This document shows positions 34,266 through 42,328 of a stretch of 64,000 nucleotides of DNA, piece by piece; position 1 is the first letter of the stretch; every line of letters starts with the position of its first letter. This DNA is from Anaerohalosphaeraceae bacterium (GTDB taxonomy: Bacteria; Planctomycetota; Phycisphaerae; Sedimentisphaerales; Anaerohalosphaeraceae): assembly GCA_050309605.1 (NCBI GenBank), contig JBNRMN010000034.1:160001-224000 (forward strand). The letters run 5' to 3'. The notes below the pieces were generated by a model that was not told the origin of the DNA, did no database searches, and saw nothing but the letters and a program-made list of their open reading frames with translations. Made by a program: the position numbers and the translations under genes.

Positions 34266-35260
34266 TGGTTGTTTTATTGCAGTTTGTTCTCATTGTCGGT
34301 TTGATCGCACTGAGCGGTTTTTTCTCAGGCAGTGAAACGGGCTTGTACCGGCTGAGTCGGTTTCGTCTGCGTCTGGGGGTGGAAGAACAGCGCCCGTTTT
34401 ACGAGACGCTCTTTGCACTGATTCGGGACGGTCGGGCCGCGATGATGTCCATACTGATCGGGAATAATCTGATCAATTATGCGCTGACCAGCCTTGTTAC
34501 CATACTGATTTTCAGACGGCTCAGTGATCAGCGTCTGGCTGAACTCTACACCACAGCGATTCTGTCGCCGCTTCTTTTTGTGTGTGGTGAGATGATTCCC
34601 AAGATTCTGTTTTATCATTGGGCCGATATGCTGATGCCGCGTTTGACGTGGCTGCTGTGGGCGATCCACAAAACACTGACGGCAACCGGCATTGTCGCGG
34701 CGCTGCAATGGATGTCCGACCAATTGGCTCGGCTGCTGCGATTGGGGACGAATACGGCCGCAGCGGTCGATGCCACTCAGCGGCACCAGGTCTTTCAGAT
34801 CATACACGAAACCCGCGAAGAAGGACTGCTTAGCGATGTGCAGCGTGATATGATCGCTCGTCTGCTGCAAATTCCGAACGTGCCGGTTCATACCGTGATG
34901 ACGTCTTATCGAAAAACTGAAAAAGTCGCTGTCGGCTGCAACCGGCAAGACCTGCTGAAACATCTGGCACACGCGTCGCACACCCGCCAGTTGGCGTGCG
35001 CGTCGGATGGTGGTGTGCTCGGCTACATCCTGATTTACGAGGTCCTCGGCAGTGAAGGCGAATTCGACGACCTGCACTCGTTTGTGCGGCCGATTGTTAC
35101 ACTGGAACCGATGTGTTCGGCAATCGACGCGATGAATGTCCTTTGCCGTAAGCGTGAAAAAATCGCGTTGGTCAAAGCCCCCCATTCCCGGCAGCCGCTG
35201 GGCATTATCACACTGACTGATTTGGTCGAGGAATTGACCGGCGAGCTGGCGGTTGCCTGA
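34262..35260 (+). CDS. CNNM/DUF21-CBS protein lacking the CorC domain
   Basis: FSGSETG, GEMIPK and GIITLTDLVEELTG motifs; overlaps the previous stop codon. Confidence 0.88.
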   Translation: MMVVLLQFVLIVGLIALSGFFSGSETGLYRLSRFRLRLGVEEQRPFYETLFALIRDGRAAMMSILIGNNLINYALTSLVTILIFRRLSDQRLAELYTTAILSPLLFVCGEMIPKILFYHWADMLMPRLTWLLWAIHKTLTATGIVAALQWMSDQLARLLRLGTNTAAAVDATQRHQVFQIIHETREEGLLSDVQRDMIARLLQIPNVPVHTVMTSYRKTEKVAVGCNRQDLLKHLAHASHTRQLACASDGGVLGYILIYEVLGSEGEFDDLHSFVRPIVTLEPMCSAIDAMNVLCRKREKIALVKAPHSRQPLGIITLTDLVEELTGELAVA

Positions 35261-35268
35261 ATCGCCCG

Positions 35269-36051
35269 CTAAGGGACTTTGTAAGCGCTGTTGTCCGGCG
35301 ATAAAAACCCGACGGGCGAACGGGGATGCTGCTGATTGTACTGCTCAAGGGCTTGCTGATGCCGGGCCGGCTCGACTGTCGTATAGACGTCCGCTTGTGA
35401 ACGCGTACTGCCGTCGCCGCACGCCATATTGGTTTGCCGGTTGTGGCGAAACCCCTGTGTGCCGGCCCATCGGTCATTAAACGACAGATCGCCTTCGCTT
35501 CGCAGCGGGGCACGCATAAATTTATTGGCGCCGTGGATGTATTGGCCGTCGCCGAAAATTGCAACGCGCGCCGGCTGAGTCAAACGCCCGCGTCGCGCCG
35601 GCTGTGAAATGCTTTCTTGTTGACCGCGGCCGATGTAGCTGACGTTGTAATTGTAGCCGGTATAAGGATCGTAAGGGGTGTTCGACTCGCCCTGAAAAGA
35701 CGGACACTGCTGAACCTTGTCAACCGGTTCGCCCTGCCATAAAATTCCCGATTCAACGATGGGGTGTTCATCAACAAAACGTACCGTAAAATCCCAATTG
35801 TAGTGAATGGGTCCCTTATCGGTCTGCTGTGTATAGTACGCGATGGGAAAAAAATCGTTATGGTCTTCGGTATAGATCAACGCAGCGATCATCATCTGCC
35901 GCAGATTGCTTTGACAATAAACCGATTCAGCCTGCCGCCGGGCATGGGCCAGCACCGGCAGCGTGATCGCCAGCAGCAGCGCTGTAACCGCAATCACGAT
36001 CATCATTTCGATGAGCGTAAACGCCCCGATGTGTGGATTTTTTATCGTCAT
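35269..36051 (-). CDS. Prepilin-type N-terminal cleavage/methylation protein with H-X9-DG motif (DUF1559-like)
   Basis: AFTLIEMMIVIAV, CQSNLRQ and RHNRQTNMACGDG motifs. Confidence 0.88.
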   Translation of the reverse strand: MTIKNPHIGAFTLIEMMIVIAVTALLLAITLPVLAHARRQAESVYCQSNLRQMMIAALIYTEDHNDFFPIAYYTQQTDKGPIHYNWDFTVRFVDEHPIVESGILWQGEPVDKVQQCPSFQGESNTPYDPYTGYNYNVSYIGRGQQESISQPARRGRLTQPARVAIFGDGQYIHGANKFMRAPLRSEGDLSFNDRWAGTQGFRHNRQTNMACGDGSTRSQADVYTTVEPARHQQALEQYNQQHPRSPVGFLSPDNSAYKVP

Positions 36052-36053
36052 CT

Positions 36054-37010
36054 TCAAGGTTCGTCGCATTGCCAGGTACAGACCAGCCAGTGTTCGGCCA
36101 AAATCGCAAAATCCGCCAGATCCACGCGGCAGTCGTGATTCAAATCGCCCGGCGGAAACGGATGCCGGTAATCACCGCAGGCGGCGACATCGGCTACGGC
36201 GTCCAGTTCTGCCCATTCTTCACTGGTCAGCTTGACGTATTGGATCCATCGGCGTCCGCTGGCCGGGTCAATCCGCAGCGTCTCATAATCGTCGGGTTCA
36301 AGCCATTGCAGGTCAAACCCCGTCCCCCCCGCCGAACCGTCATACAGGGCGATGGCCTCGGGCACGGACAGTCCGGAAAAATCGCTTAGCGTCAGATTCG
36401 GATCGACGGGCCTGAGAAAATCCAGCGGCTTGCCCCACTGTCTGGAATCGCTGTCCCAGGCAAAAGGATTGGTCGGAAACAAATCGCCCGCGGACGCCCG
36501 GTCGGACGGAAACGTAAACCACGGCCCGTTGGGATCCTGGGCCACACTGACGGTCAGCCACTCGGCGTTCAGTGAGGCCGGCACGGTCAGCATAACCGTA
36601 TTCATATCCGTAGTCGGGGTCAGTTCGCCGCCGGCACGCTGAAAAAACGAATTGCTAAAGACGATAAAATCAATCCCGTAGGGGTTGTTTATGTCATCAG
36701 CGACTGGATGGTCAAACCCCACAACCACTTCGCTGCCCAACCCCAATGTCAGAACCGTCGGACGGCCGTCGGGCGTGACATTCCAGGCCGGATAAACCAG
36801 CGAGGCAGTAAACACCCCCTGTTCCCAACCGTCATAGACCTGCGTCGTCGGCGGGCCGAGTACCGCGTTGGGGTCATTATAGGGATAGACGCCGAACGGC
36901 CCTCGATACGAAACGAGCCGACTTGCAAAATCCGACCCATCCGAGGCCCATGCGACCGCTCCGACGGCAAATGTCAGAATTAAAACCGACTGAATCAGAG
37001 ATCGCTTCAT
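36054..37010 (-). CDS. Exported surface protein with C-terminal dockerin-like domain
   Basis: Signal peptide ending AWA; VVGFDHPV.D...DFIVFSN; GGTGFDL; tail GDLNHDCRVDLADFAILAEHWL. Confidence 0.75.
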   Translation of the reverse strand: MKRSLIQSVLILTFAVGAVAWASDGSDFASRLVSYRGPFGVYPYNDPNAVLGPPTTQVYDGWEQGVFTASLVYPAWNVTPDGRPTVLTLGLGSEVVVGFDHPVADDINNPYGIDFIVFSNSFFQRAGGELTPTTDMNTVMLTVPASLNAEWLTVSVAQDPNGPWFTFPSDRASAGDLFPTNPFAWDSDSRQWGKPLDFLRPVDPNLTLSDFSGLSVPEAIALYDGSAGGTGFDLQWLEPDDYETLRIDPASGRRWIQYVKLTSEEWAELDAVADVAACGDYRHPFPPGDLNHDCRVDLADFAILAEHWLVCTWQCDEP

Positions 37011-37014
37011 TTGT

Positions 37015-37605
37015 TTAATGTCCGCTGTTTTGTTTTCGTGAACGACAACAAACAACAGCCCCCGCTGCCAGCAGCACCATCGATGTCGGTTCGGGAATGG
37101 TCAAGCTGTCGCTGGTCCAGTTGGCGCCGTCCAGATTGAAGCCTTCGATGCGGCCGTGGCGAAGCTGCTGTTTGTCCACGCCGTCGGAATTGCCCGTCCA
37201 CGTCTGACCGCCGTCGTCGGTGTGGCCGGTCCACCACCAGCCGAAAAAGTCCGTTCCGGCGGTATGGTAATCGCCGTCCACCGTGGTTTGATCATAGATC
37301 ATATCGCCGATGAACCCCCCGCCGTATGCGAAAATCACACTCAACGGGCCGGCGGCTTCCAGCGCCGTCAGGGCGTCTTTGACGGTCGTCTGCGGGTCGT
37401 CCCAACGAAACCCGAAACAATGAAATTCGGTCTTGTATGGGCCGTTGGTCTGGTTCCAGTCGATGACGATAACGCTTTCGTTGACTCCGGAACCGGCCCA
37501 ATAATCGATCGTCAGCTCGACTCCCTGAATCAGATACGCCCTGGCGGGTGCACTACAGCATAAACCGACCAGCAGCCCGATCCACATACACCGTTGTTTT
37601 TTCAT
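37015..37605 (-). CDS. PEP-CTERM sorting-domain protein
   Basis: GAGAGGA RBS before ATG 37605; signal peptide ending ARA; C-terminus IPEPTSMVLLAAGAVVCCRSRK. Confidence 0.9.
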   Translation of the reverse strand: MKKQRCMWIGLLVGLCCSAPARAYLIQGVELTIDYWAGSGVNESVIVIDWNQTNGPYKTEFHCFGFRWDDPQTTVKDALTALEAAGPLSVIFAYGGGFIGDMIYDQTTVDGDYHTAGTDFFGWWWTGHTDDGGQTWTGNSDGVDKQQLRHGRIEGFNLDGANWTSDSLTIPEPTSMVLLAAGAVVCCRSRKQNSGH

Positions 37606-37807
37606 TGATATCCTCTCACTTGGTTTCATCATCCAACACAAACAGCCGTTTACATTCAGCGTCGGTCGGACGGCCGCGGTTGTCGGCAGACCCAAACCAC
37701 CGCGGCTGTCCCGAACCGTGCCGGCCCTCGGCGTCCGACCGAGAGCTGTGGAAATAATTACGTAACCCGTAACGTTGTGCCGTTGTTTTCCAGAATCCAC
37801 AAACCAC

Positions 37808-37844
37808 AAAAAAAGCCGCTGCCCTTCGCGAGAGGGGCAACGGC
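37808..37844 (-). terminator. Intrinsic terminator, probable riboswitch expression platform
   Basis: The minus strand reads GCCGTTGCCCCTCTCGCGAAGGGCAGCGGC followed by a T7 run. Confidence 0.75.
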
Positions 37845-37958
37845 TTATCATTATGCAGTCTTCGTCGGTTCTATGCGGAATATTCCTACAGGAATGTTCC
37901 GGGCTGTCCGACAGGCCGTCGTGTTCCAATCGCGAGAACACACGTACATATCATTGGC

Positions 37959-38158
37959 ATAAGGCAGGTTTTCTGACTCGCATCCTACCGCCGGACCCCT
38001 TCCCGTCCACAGCGTGGACAGTGGGACAATGTCTGACGGATTTGCCGAAAGCCAACCGCTCTCGACAGCGGACGCACACAGCGGCGCGACCGTCACGGAT
38101 TTTCACCGTGTTCCCGTTTTGGCATATTTGGCCCGATGAACAGGGCCAAACCTTAAGC
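37959..38158 (-). ncRNA. Cobalamin (B12) riboswitch
   Basis: The minus strand reads AAGGT...AAACGGGAACACGGTGAAAATCCGTGACGGTCGCGCCGCTGT...CCACTG...GGGAAG...GAGTCAGAAAACCTGCC (B12 box). Confidence 0.93.
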
Positions 38159-38283
38159 CAATTTCTGGACTTGTTTGAAAGAACGACACACACTGTAACG
38201 GACAGCCGGCAAAACGGCAACAAAAAAATCCCGCCGTTTTGAAAAACGACAGGATTCGAACATTTTGCGTTACGGCTGCATTT

Positions 38284-39891
38284 TCAGCCAAACTGGTCGA
38301 GGAAGTTGTTGATCAGCCTGGCGGCGGTTTTCAGGCAGATGGACAGATCCTGACGAAATGACAGGTTTCGAACATAGCGGGTGTCGTAATGGACCCACTC
38401 CTGAAAGTCCTGCCCTTCCTGTCGGGTGCGGCACACCTGCCACAGGCCGGTGATGCCCGGACGCACGGACAGCCGGGCGTCGCGCCAGGCCGGACAGGAT
38501 TCATTTTCGTTCTCCGGCGACGGACGCGGCCCGACCACACTCATCTGGCCGGCCAGCACATTAAAAAACTGCGGCAGCTCGTCGATACAGGTATCCCGCA
38601 AAAATTTGCCCACACCGGTGATGCGGGGGTCGTTGTCGATCTTAAACTGCGGGCCGTCCACCTGATTGACGACGCGCAAACGCTCCTGCAAAGCGTCGGC
38701 CTGCACCATCATCGTGCGGAATTTCAGACAGTTAAACTCTTTACCGTGAAGCCCCTGACGACGAGCGCGATAAAACACCGGCCCGCTGCTGGTCAGTTTG
38801 ACCATCACGGACACAATCGCCAGAACGGGACTGATCAGCAACAAAATACACAGTGAAAAGACAATATCGAAGATTCGCTTGCCCAGACGCGGATACGACA
38901 ACAAGGGCCAGTTGCGAAACGCCTGGTCCTGTTTGCGACGGGTTGAACTAAACTCTATTGCCGTCGAGCCTTGATGCCATGTATTCGGCGACGTGCAGAG
39001 TGCGTTTTGAATCACATCATCGGCCTTCACTTCCGTATTCGGCCCCAGAACGGCGTTTTGAACGACGGCTCCTTTGCCGATTTTGACATTCTCACAAAGG
39101 ATCGCCGGCCCGAGCACGATCGCATGATCTTCAATTTGCACCTCAGGGCCGATCCACACGGGACCGCTCAGACGAGCGGTCGGGGCAACCGCAGCCGATC
39201 CGTCCGTCTGGTTGAGTCGTCTTGCATCCATTCGTTCCAACAGGCTCAGCAATCCTTCGATGGTATTCAGGTCAAGACCCTGTCCGCCGAGTCGAAACCG
39301 TCTTAACGGAATGTGCATCTCGGCAAGCCGTTGTTTCAACACCTCAAGGTCAAGGGGGATAGCGCCTTGTTTTTTGAATTCAGAAATTATCTGATATGGC
39401 AGGTGTAAAAAATCCGGAAATGTCGAATCGTCCTCGCAGGTCGGCTCAATTAAATCCTCAAAGAGCCGCCGAACGCCGACAATGTGATGCTCAGAGGTTA
39501 GCCTGACCGGCTCATTGGAGGCGGCCAATTCCGGCGCCATCTGAACTGCGGCGACCGCCGTTCGGGAGGCATCCAGCAACGTATGGAGCTTGTGCGGATC
39601 ATACCGATACAAGCGGCGCGCGTTGCCAATCAAAATACCGTCTTTGGCTGACCCATTGAGCGAATCGACGGGCAGTCCGTCGGCGCCGAAACCCTGCATC
39701 GGCACGGCCGACCGGTCAAGATCATCCAGCCAGTCGGCCGGGACATACATCGCCGTTCGGTCGGCGTTAGGGTACCGCAGGCCGTTTAGCAGTGTATGTT
39801 GGAGCAGACCGCCCGCACCGGGCAGAGACAGAACATCTCGAAGGCAATCCCCGGCGTCTGTCGGTCGCGGCGGTATCAGAGCAATCAGCAT
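38284..39891 (-). CDS. Priming phosphoglycosyl transferase (Bac_transf) with N-terminal degenerate nucleotidyltransferase-like region and left-handed beta-helix
   Basis: C-terminal KRIFDI, KFRTM, DPRIT, DELPQ, SVVGPRP and PGITGLWQV; hexapeptide repeats ARLSGPVWIGPEVQIEDHAIVLGPAILCENVKIGKGAVV. Confidence 0.9.
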   Translation of the reverse strand: MLIALIPPRPTDAGDCLRDVLSLPGAGGLLQHTLLNGLRYPNADRTAMYVPADWLDDLDRSAVPMQGFGADGLPVDSLNGSAKDGILIGNARRLYRYDPHKLHTLLDASRTAVAAVQMAPELAASNEPVRLTSEHHIVGVRRLFEDLIEPTCEDDSTFPDFLHLPYQIISEFKKQGAIPLDLEVLKQRLAEMHIPLRRFRLGGQGLDLNTIEGLLSLLERMDARRLNQTDGSAAVAPTARLSGPVWIGPEVQIEDHAIVLGPAILCENVKIGKGAVVQNAVLGPNTEVKADDVIQNALCTSPNTWHQGSTAIEFSSTRRKQDQAFRNWPLLSYPRLGKRIFDIVFSLCILLLISPVLAIVSVMVKLTSSGPVFYRARRQGLHGKEFNCLKFRTMMVQADALQERLRVVNQVDGPQFKIDNDPRITGVGKFLRDTCIDELPQFFNVLAGQMSVVGPRPSPENENESCPAWRDARLSVRPGITGLWQVCRTRQEGQDFQEWVHYDTRYVRNLSFRQDLSICLKTAARLINNFLDQFG

Positions 39892-39999
39892 ATCAGACCT
39901 GAAACATACGCTTGTTCATAGCGAAGGGATAGGACGCAATCCATAACACACAGACGGTATTTGATTCCAAAAAGGAAGTATCGAAAAACACGATAAAAA

Positions 40000-42255
40000 T
40001 TAATGTTCGGTCGATTCGGCCACTTCGCTGAGCAGCAGTGTTTTGGATTTTTTTGTTTTATGCGCGGGGCGTTTGGGTTGTTTTTTGGCGCTGTAATGGT
40101 ACCCGTAACCGTATCCGTATCGCCGATAGCTGTGCGAGGTCTTGACGTTGTTGACGACGGTTCCGATGATATTGGCCTTGATTTCCTGAAGCCGTTTGGT
40201 GGCCTGTTTCATTTCCGTCTGCGAGGTGTGTCCGACAAAACTGGTCATAATGACGCCATCGGCCATTTTAGCCCAGACCATGGCATCGGAAAACGCCAGC
40301 ACCGGCGGTGTATCAATGATGATGTAATCAAACTCATCGCGAAGTTTACGAATTCGGGCGGCCGTATCCGGAAGGGACAGCAATTCAAATGCATCCTGTA
40401 TGTTGCGGTTGTCTGAAGCGAGTACAAACAACGGCATTCCCTCGACAGGATAAAGTGTTTTTTGGAGATCAATACCGAACAGATAATCCTGTATGCCGCG
40501 GTGCCCTGCCGACAGATTCAGCATTCCGGCAATATCGGGCTTGCGCAGATCGCCGTCAACCAGCAGTGTTTTACGGCCGGAACGGGCGAAACTGGTGGCC
40601 AGATTCACCGCCAGCGTACTCTTGCCGTCGCCCATACCGGGGCTGGTGATGACCAGCATTTTGGTTTCGCCGTCGCCGTCCAGCAGGCCGAGATTGGCGC
40701 GGATGGTTTGGTAATCATCCACAAGCTGACGTCCGAGGAGCTTTCGGCTGACGTGTTCCGGTCCGGTCGTCGTGCCGATAATGCGCACGCCCACCCGACG
40801 CGCTACGTCGTCCGGCGTATGGACGCGCCGATCCAGCTTGGCCAGCAAAAACGCCAGCGCCAGGCCCGCCGCCAGTCCGCCGAAGGGCGCCGCGGCCACC
40901 AGCTTCATCTTCTTGCCTTCCGCCGAGACGCTGCGCGCCCAGGAACCGATGGAAATCCGCGGCTGTCGGTCACGTTCGATGTTCAGTTCCTCGATACGCC
41001 GCGTGATTTCATTGTAAATCTGCCGTGAATTTTCAAACTGTTCGCGCAGGTCATCAATGTCCAATTGGGTACGACCGATGCGAATGGTGCTTTCGTCCTG
41101 CTCTTCCAGCTGGGCGATGATCTTTTCTTCATAAGTGATCAGCCGATTCAGCTCCGACTTGAGCGCTTCCAACTCGGCCTGCCGGGATCGTCTGACGTCA
41201 GCCAGGGCGATTTTTTCATAACGTTCGGTCGCTTCCTGCCGCTGTTTTTCCAGTTCTTCCTGAAGGTCGGCAAGGATCTGTCTTCTTCGCTGCATTTCGG
41301 GATTGGTGTCCAGCATCGTCGCCTGGCCGTCGCGAATGATCTGCTCATAACGACGAATATCCTGACGCAGGGCAACGATGGTCGGATCGTTTTCAACGCG
41401 CACCTGGATCTGGTCGGCGATGTCTTCGGCGGTCAGGGGTTCATTCAACTGTTGTTCTTTGGCCTGCACCCGCGCTTCCATCTGCATCCGCTGCACGCCG
41501 ATGGCGATTTGTTCCTGCTTGAGTGTAGCCACCTGCTGGAGTGCGATTTCCTGACGCGGCGTCAACTGTTCGGTACCGTATTCCTCAACCCGTTCGCGAA
41601 TCCGTGCCCGCTGGCGGCGCATCTGTTCTTCCAGGGTGCGGCGCTGGGCTTCCAGCCGTGCCAATCGATCATCAATCGCTCGGATTTCATCGGTTCGCAC
41701 AACGGCTTCATAACTGCGCAAAAATGCATCGATCAGCACCTCGGCATCTGCGGCGTGTTCGGTTTTCATCCGGACGTGAAGAAACTCCGTCTGGCGGTCC
41801 GGAATGACCTCAACGTCGCCTTTGGAAACCATACTGCGCAGTGCCTGCAACAGGTTCTGGCCGGGTTCAAAGAAGGCCAGCCGTCGATCTTTGACAGCGT
41901 CCGCTACGCGGTTCAAGACCACATCACTGGTCATTACGCCGGCCTGAGTATTTTTGAAGGTTTGATAGGCGCCCACGCCGCCTTGCGCGGTGGTCTCATA
42001 CATAATCGGCACGACCACGGAGGACACCAGCACCGAACCCTGGGTCTCATATTTATCGGGCATAAAGAACCAGATTCCCGCCGCCCCGCCGCCGCCGATG
42101 AAGATCGCACACAGCAGCACGATATACCATCGACGTAAAATAGCCATGGCCAGCTCGGCCATATCATCCGATGAATGGGGCTGCTCAGGCGCTTCGACAT
42201 AGTCAACCACCTCGCCATGAACCGGCGAGAAGGGATATTTTTCCAAATCCTGCAT
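40000..42255 (-). CDS. wzc: Polysaccharide co-polymerase/BY tyrosine autokinase (Wzc-like)
   Basis: Two TM segments flanking a coiled coil; Walker A SPGMGDGKS; DGDLRKP; IIDTPP; Tyr cluster YRRYGYGYGYHY. Confidence 0.92.
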   Translation of the reverse strand: MQDLEKYPFSPVHGEVVDYVEAPEQPHSSDDMAELAMAILRRWYIVLLCAIFIGGGGAAGIWFFMPDKYETQGSVLVSSVVVPIMYETTAQGGVGAYQTFKNTQAGVMTSDVVLNRVADAVKDRRLAFFEPGQNLLQALRSMVSKGDVEVIPDRQTEFLHVRMKTEHAADAEVLIDAFLRSYEAVVRTDEIRAIDDRLARLEAQRRTLEEQMRRQRARIRERVEEYGTEQLTPRQEIALQQVATLKQEQIAIGVQRMQMEARVQAKEQQLNEPLTAEDIADQIQVRVENDPTIVALRQDIRRYEQIIRDGQATMLDTNPEMQRRRQILADLQEELEKQRQEATERYEKIALADVRRSRQAELEALKSELNRLITYEEKIIAQLEEQDESTIRIGRTQLDIDDLREQFENSRQIYNEITRRIEELNIERDRQPRISIGSWARSVSAEGKKMKLVAAAPFGGLAAGLALAFLLAKLDRRVHTPDDVARRVGVRIIGTTTGPEHVSRKLLGRQLVDDYQTIRANLGLLDGDGETKMLVITSPGMGDGKSTLAVNLATSFARSGRKTLLVDGDLRKPDIAGMLNLSAGHRGIQDYLFGIDLQKTLYPVEGMPLFVLASDNRNIQDAFELLSLPDTAARIRKLRDEFDYIIIDTPPVLAFSDAMVWAKMADGVIMTSFVGHTSQTEMKQATKRLQEIKANIIGTVVNNVKTSHSYRRYGYGYGYHYSAKKQPKRPAHKTKKSKTLLLSEVAESTEH

Positions 42256-42328
42256 AGACTCCTCGTTGGGAATTTTTGCACACCTTGGTATCGCTTAGTG
42301 CATCCACGCAAAAAGCCGATTTAGTATT

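Noticed and set aside
37606..37941. N-terminal extension of the PEP-CTERM ORF in the ORF track
   Set aside because: It runs through the terminator and leader. The RBS and signal peptide point to ATG 37605.
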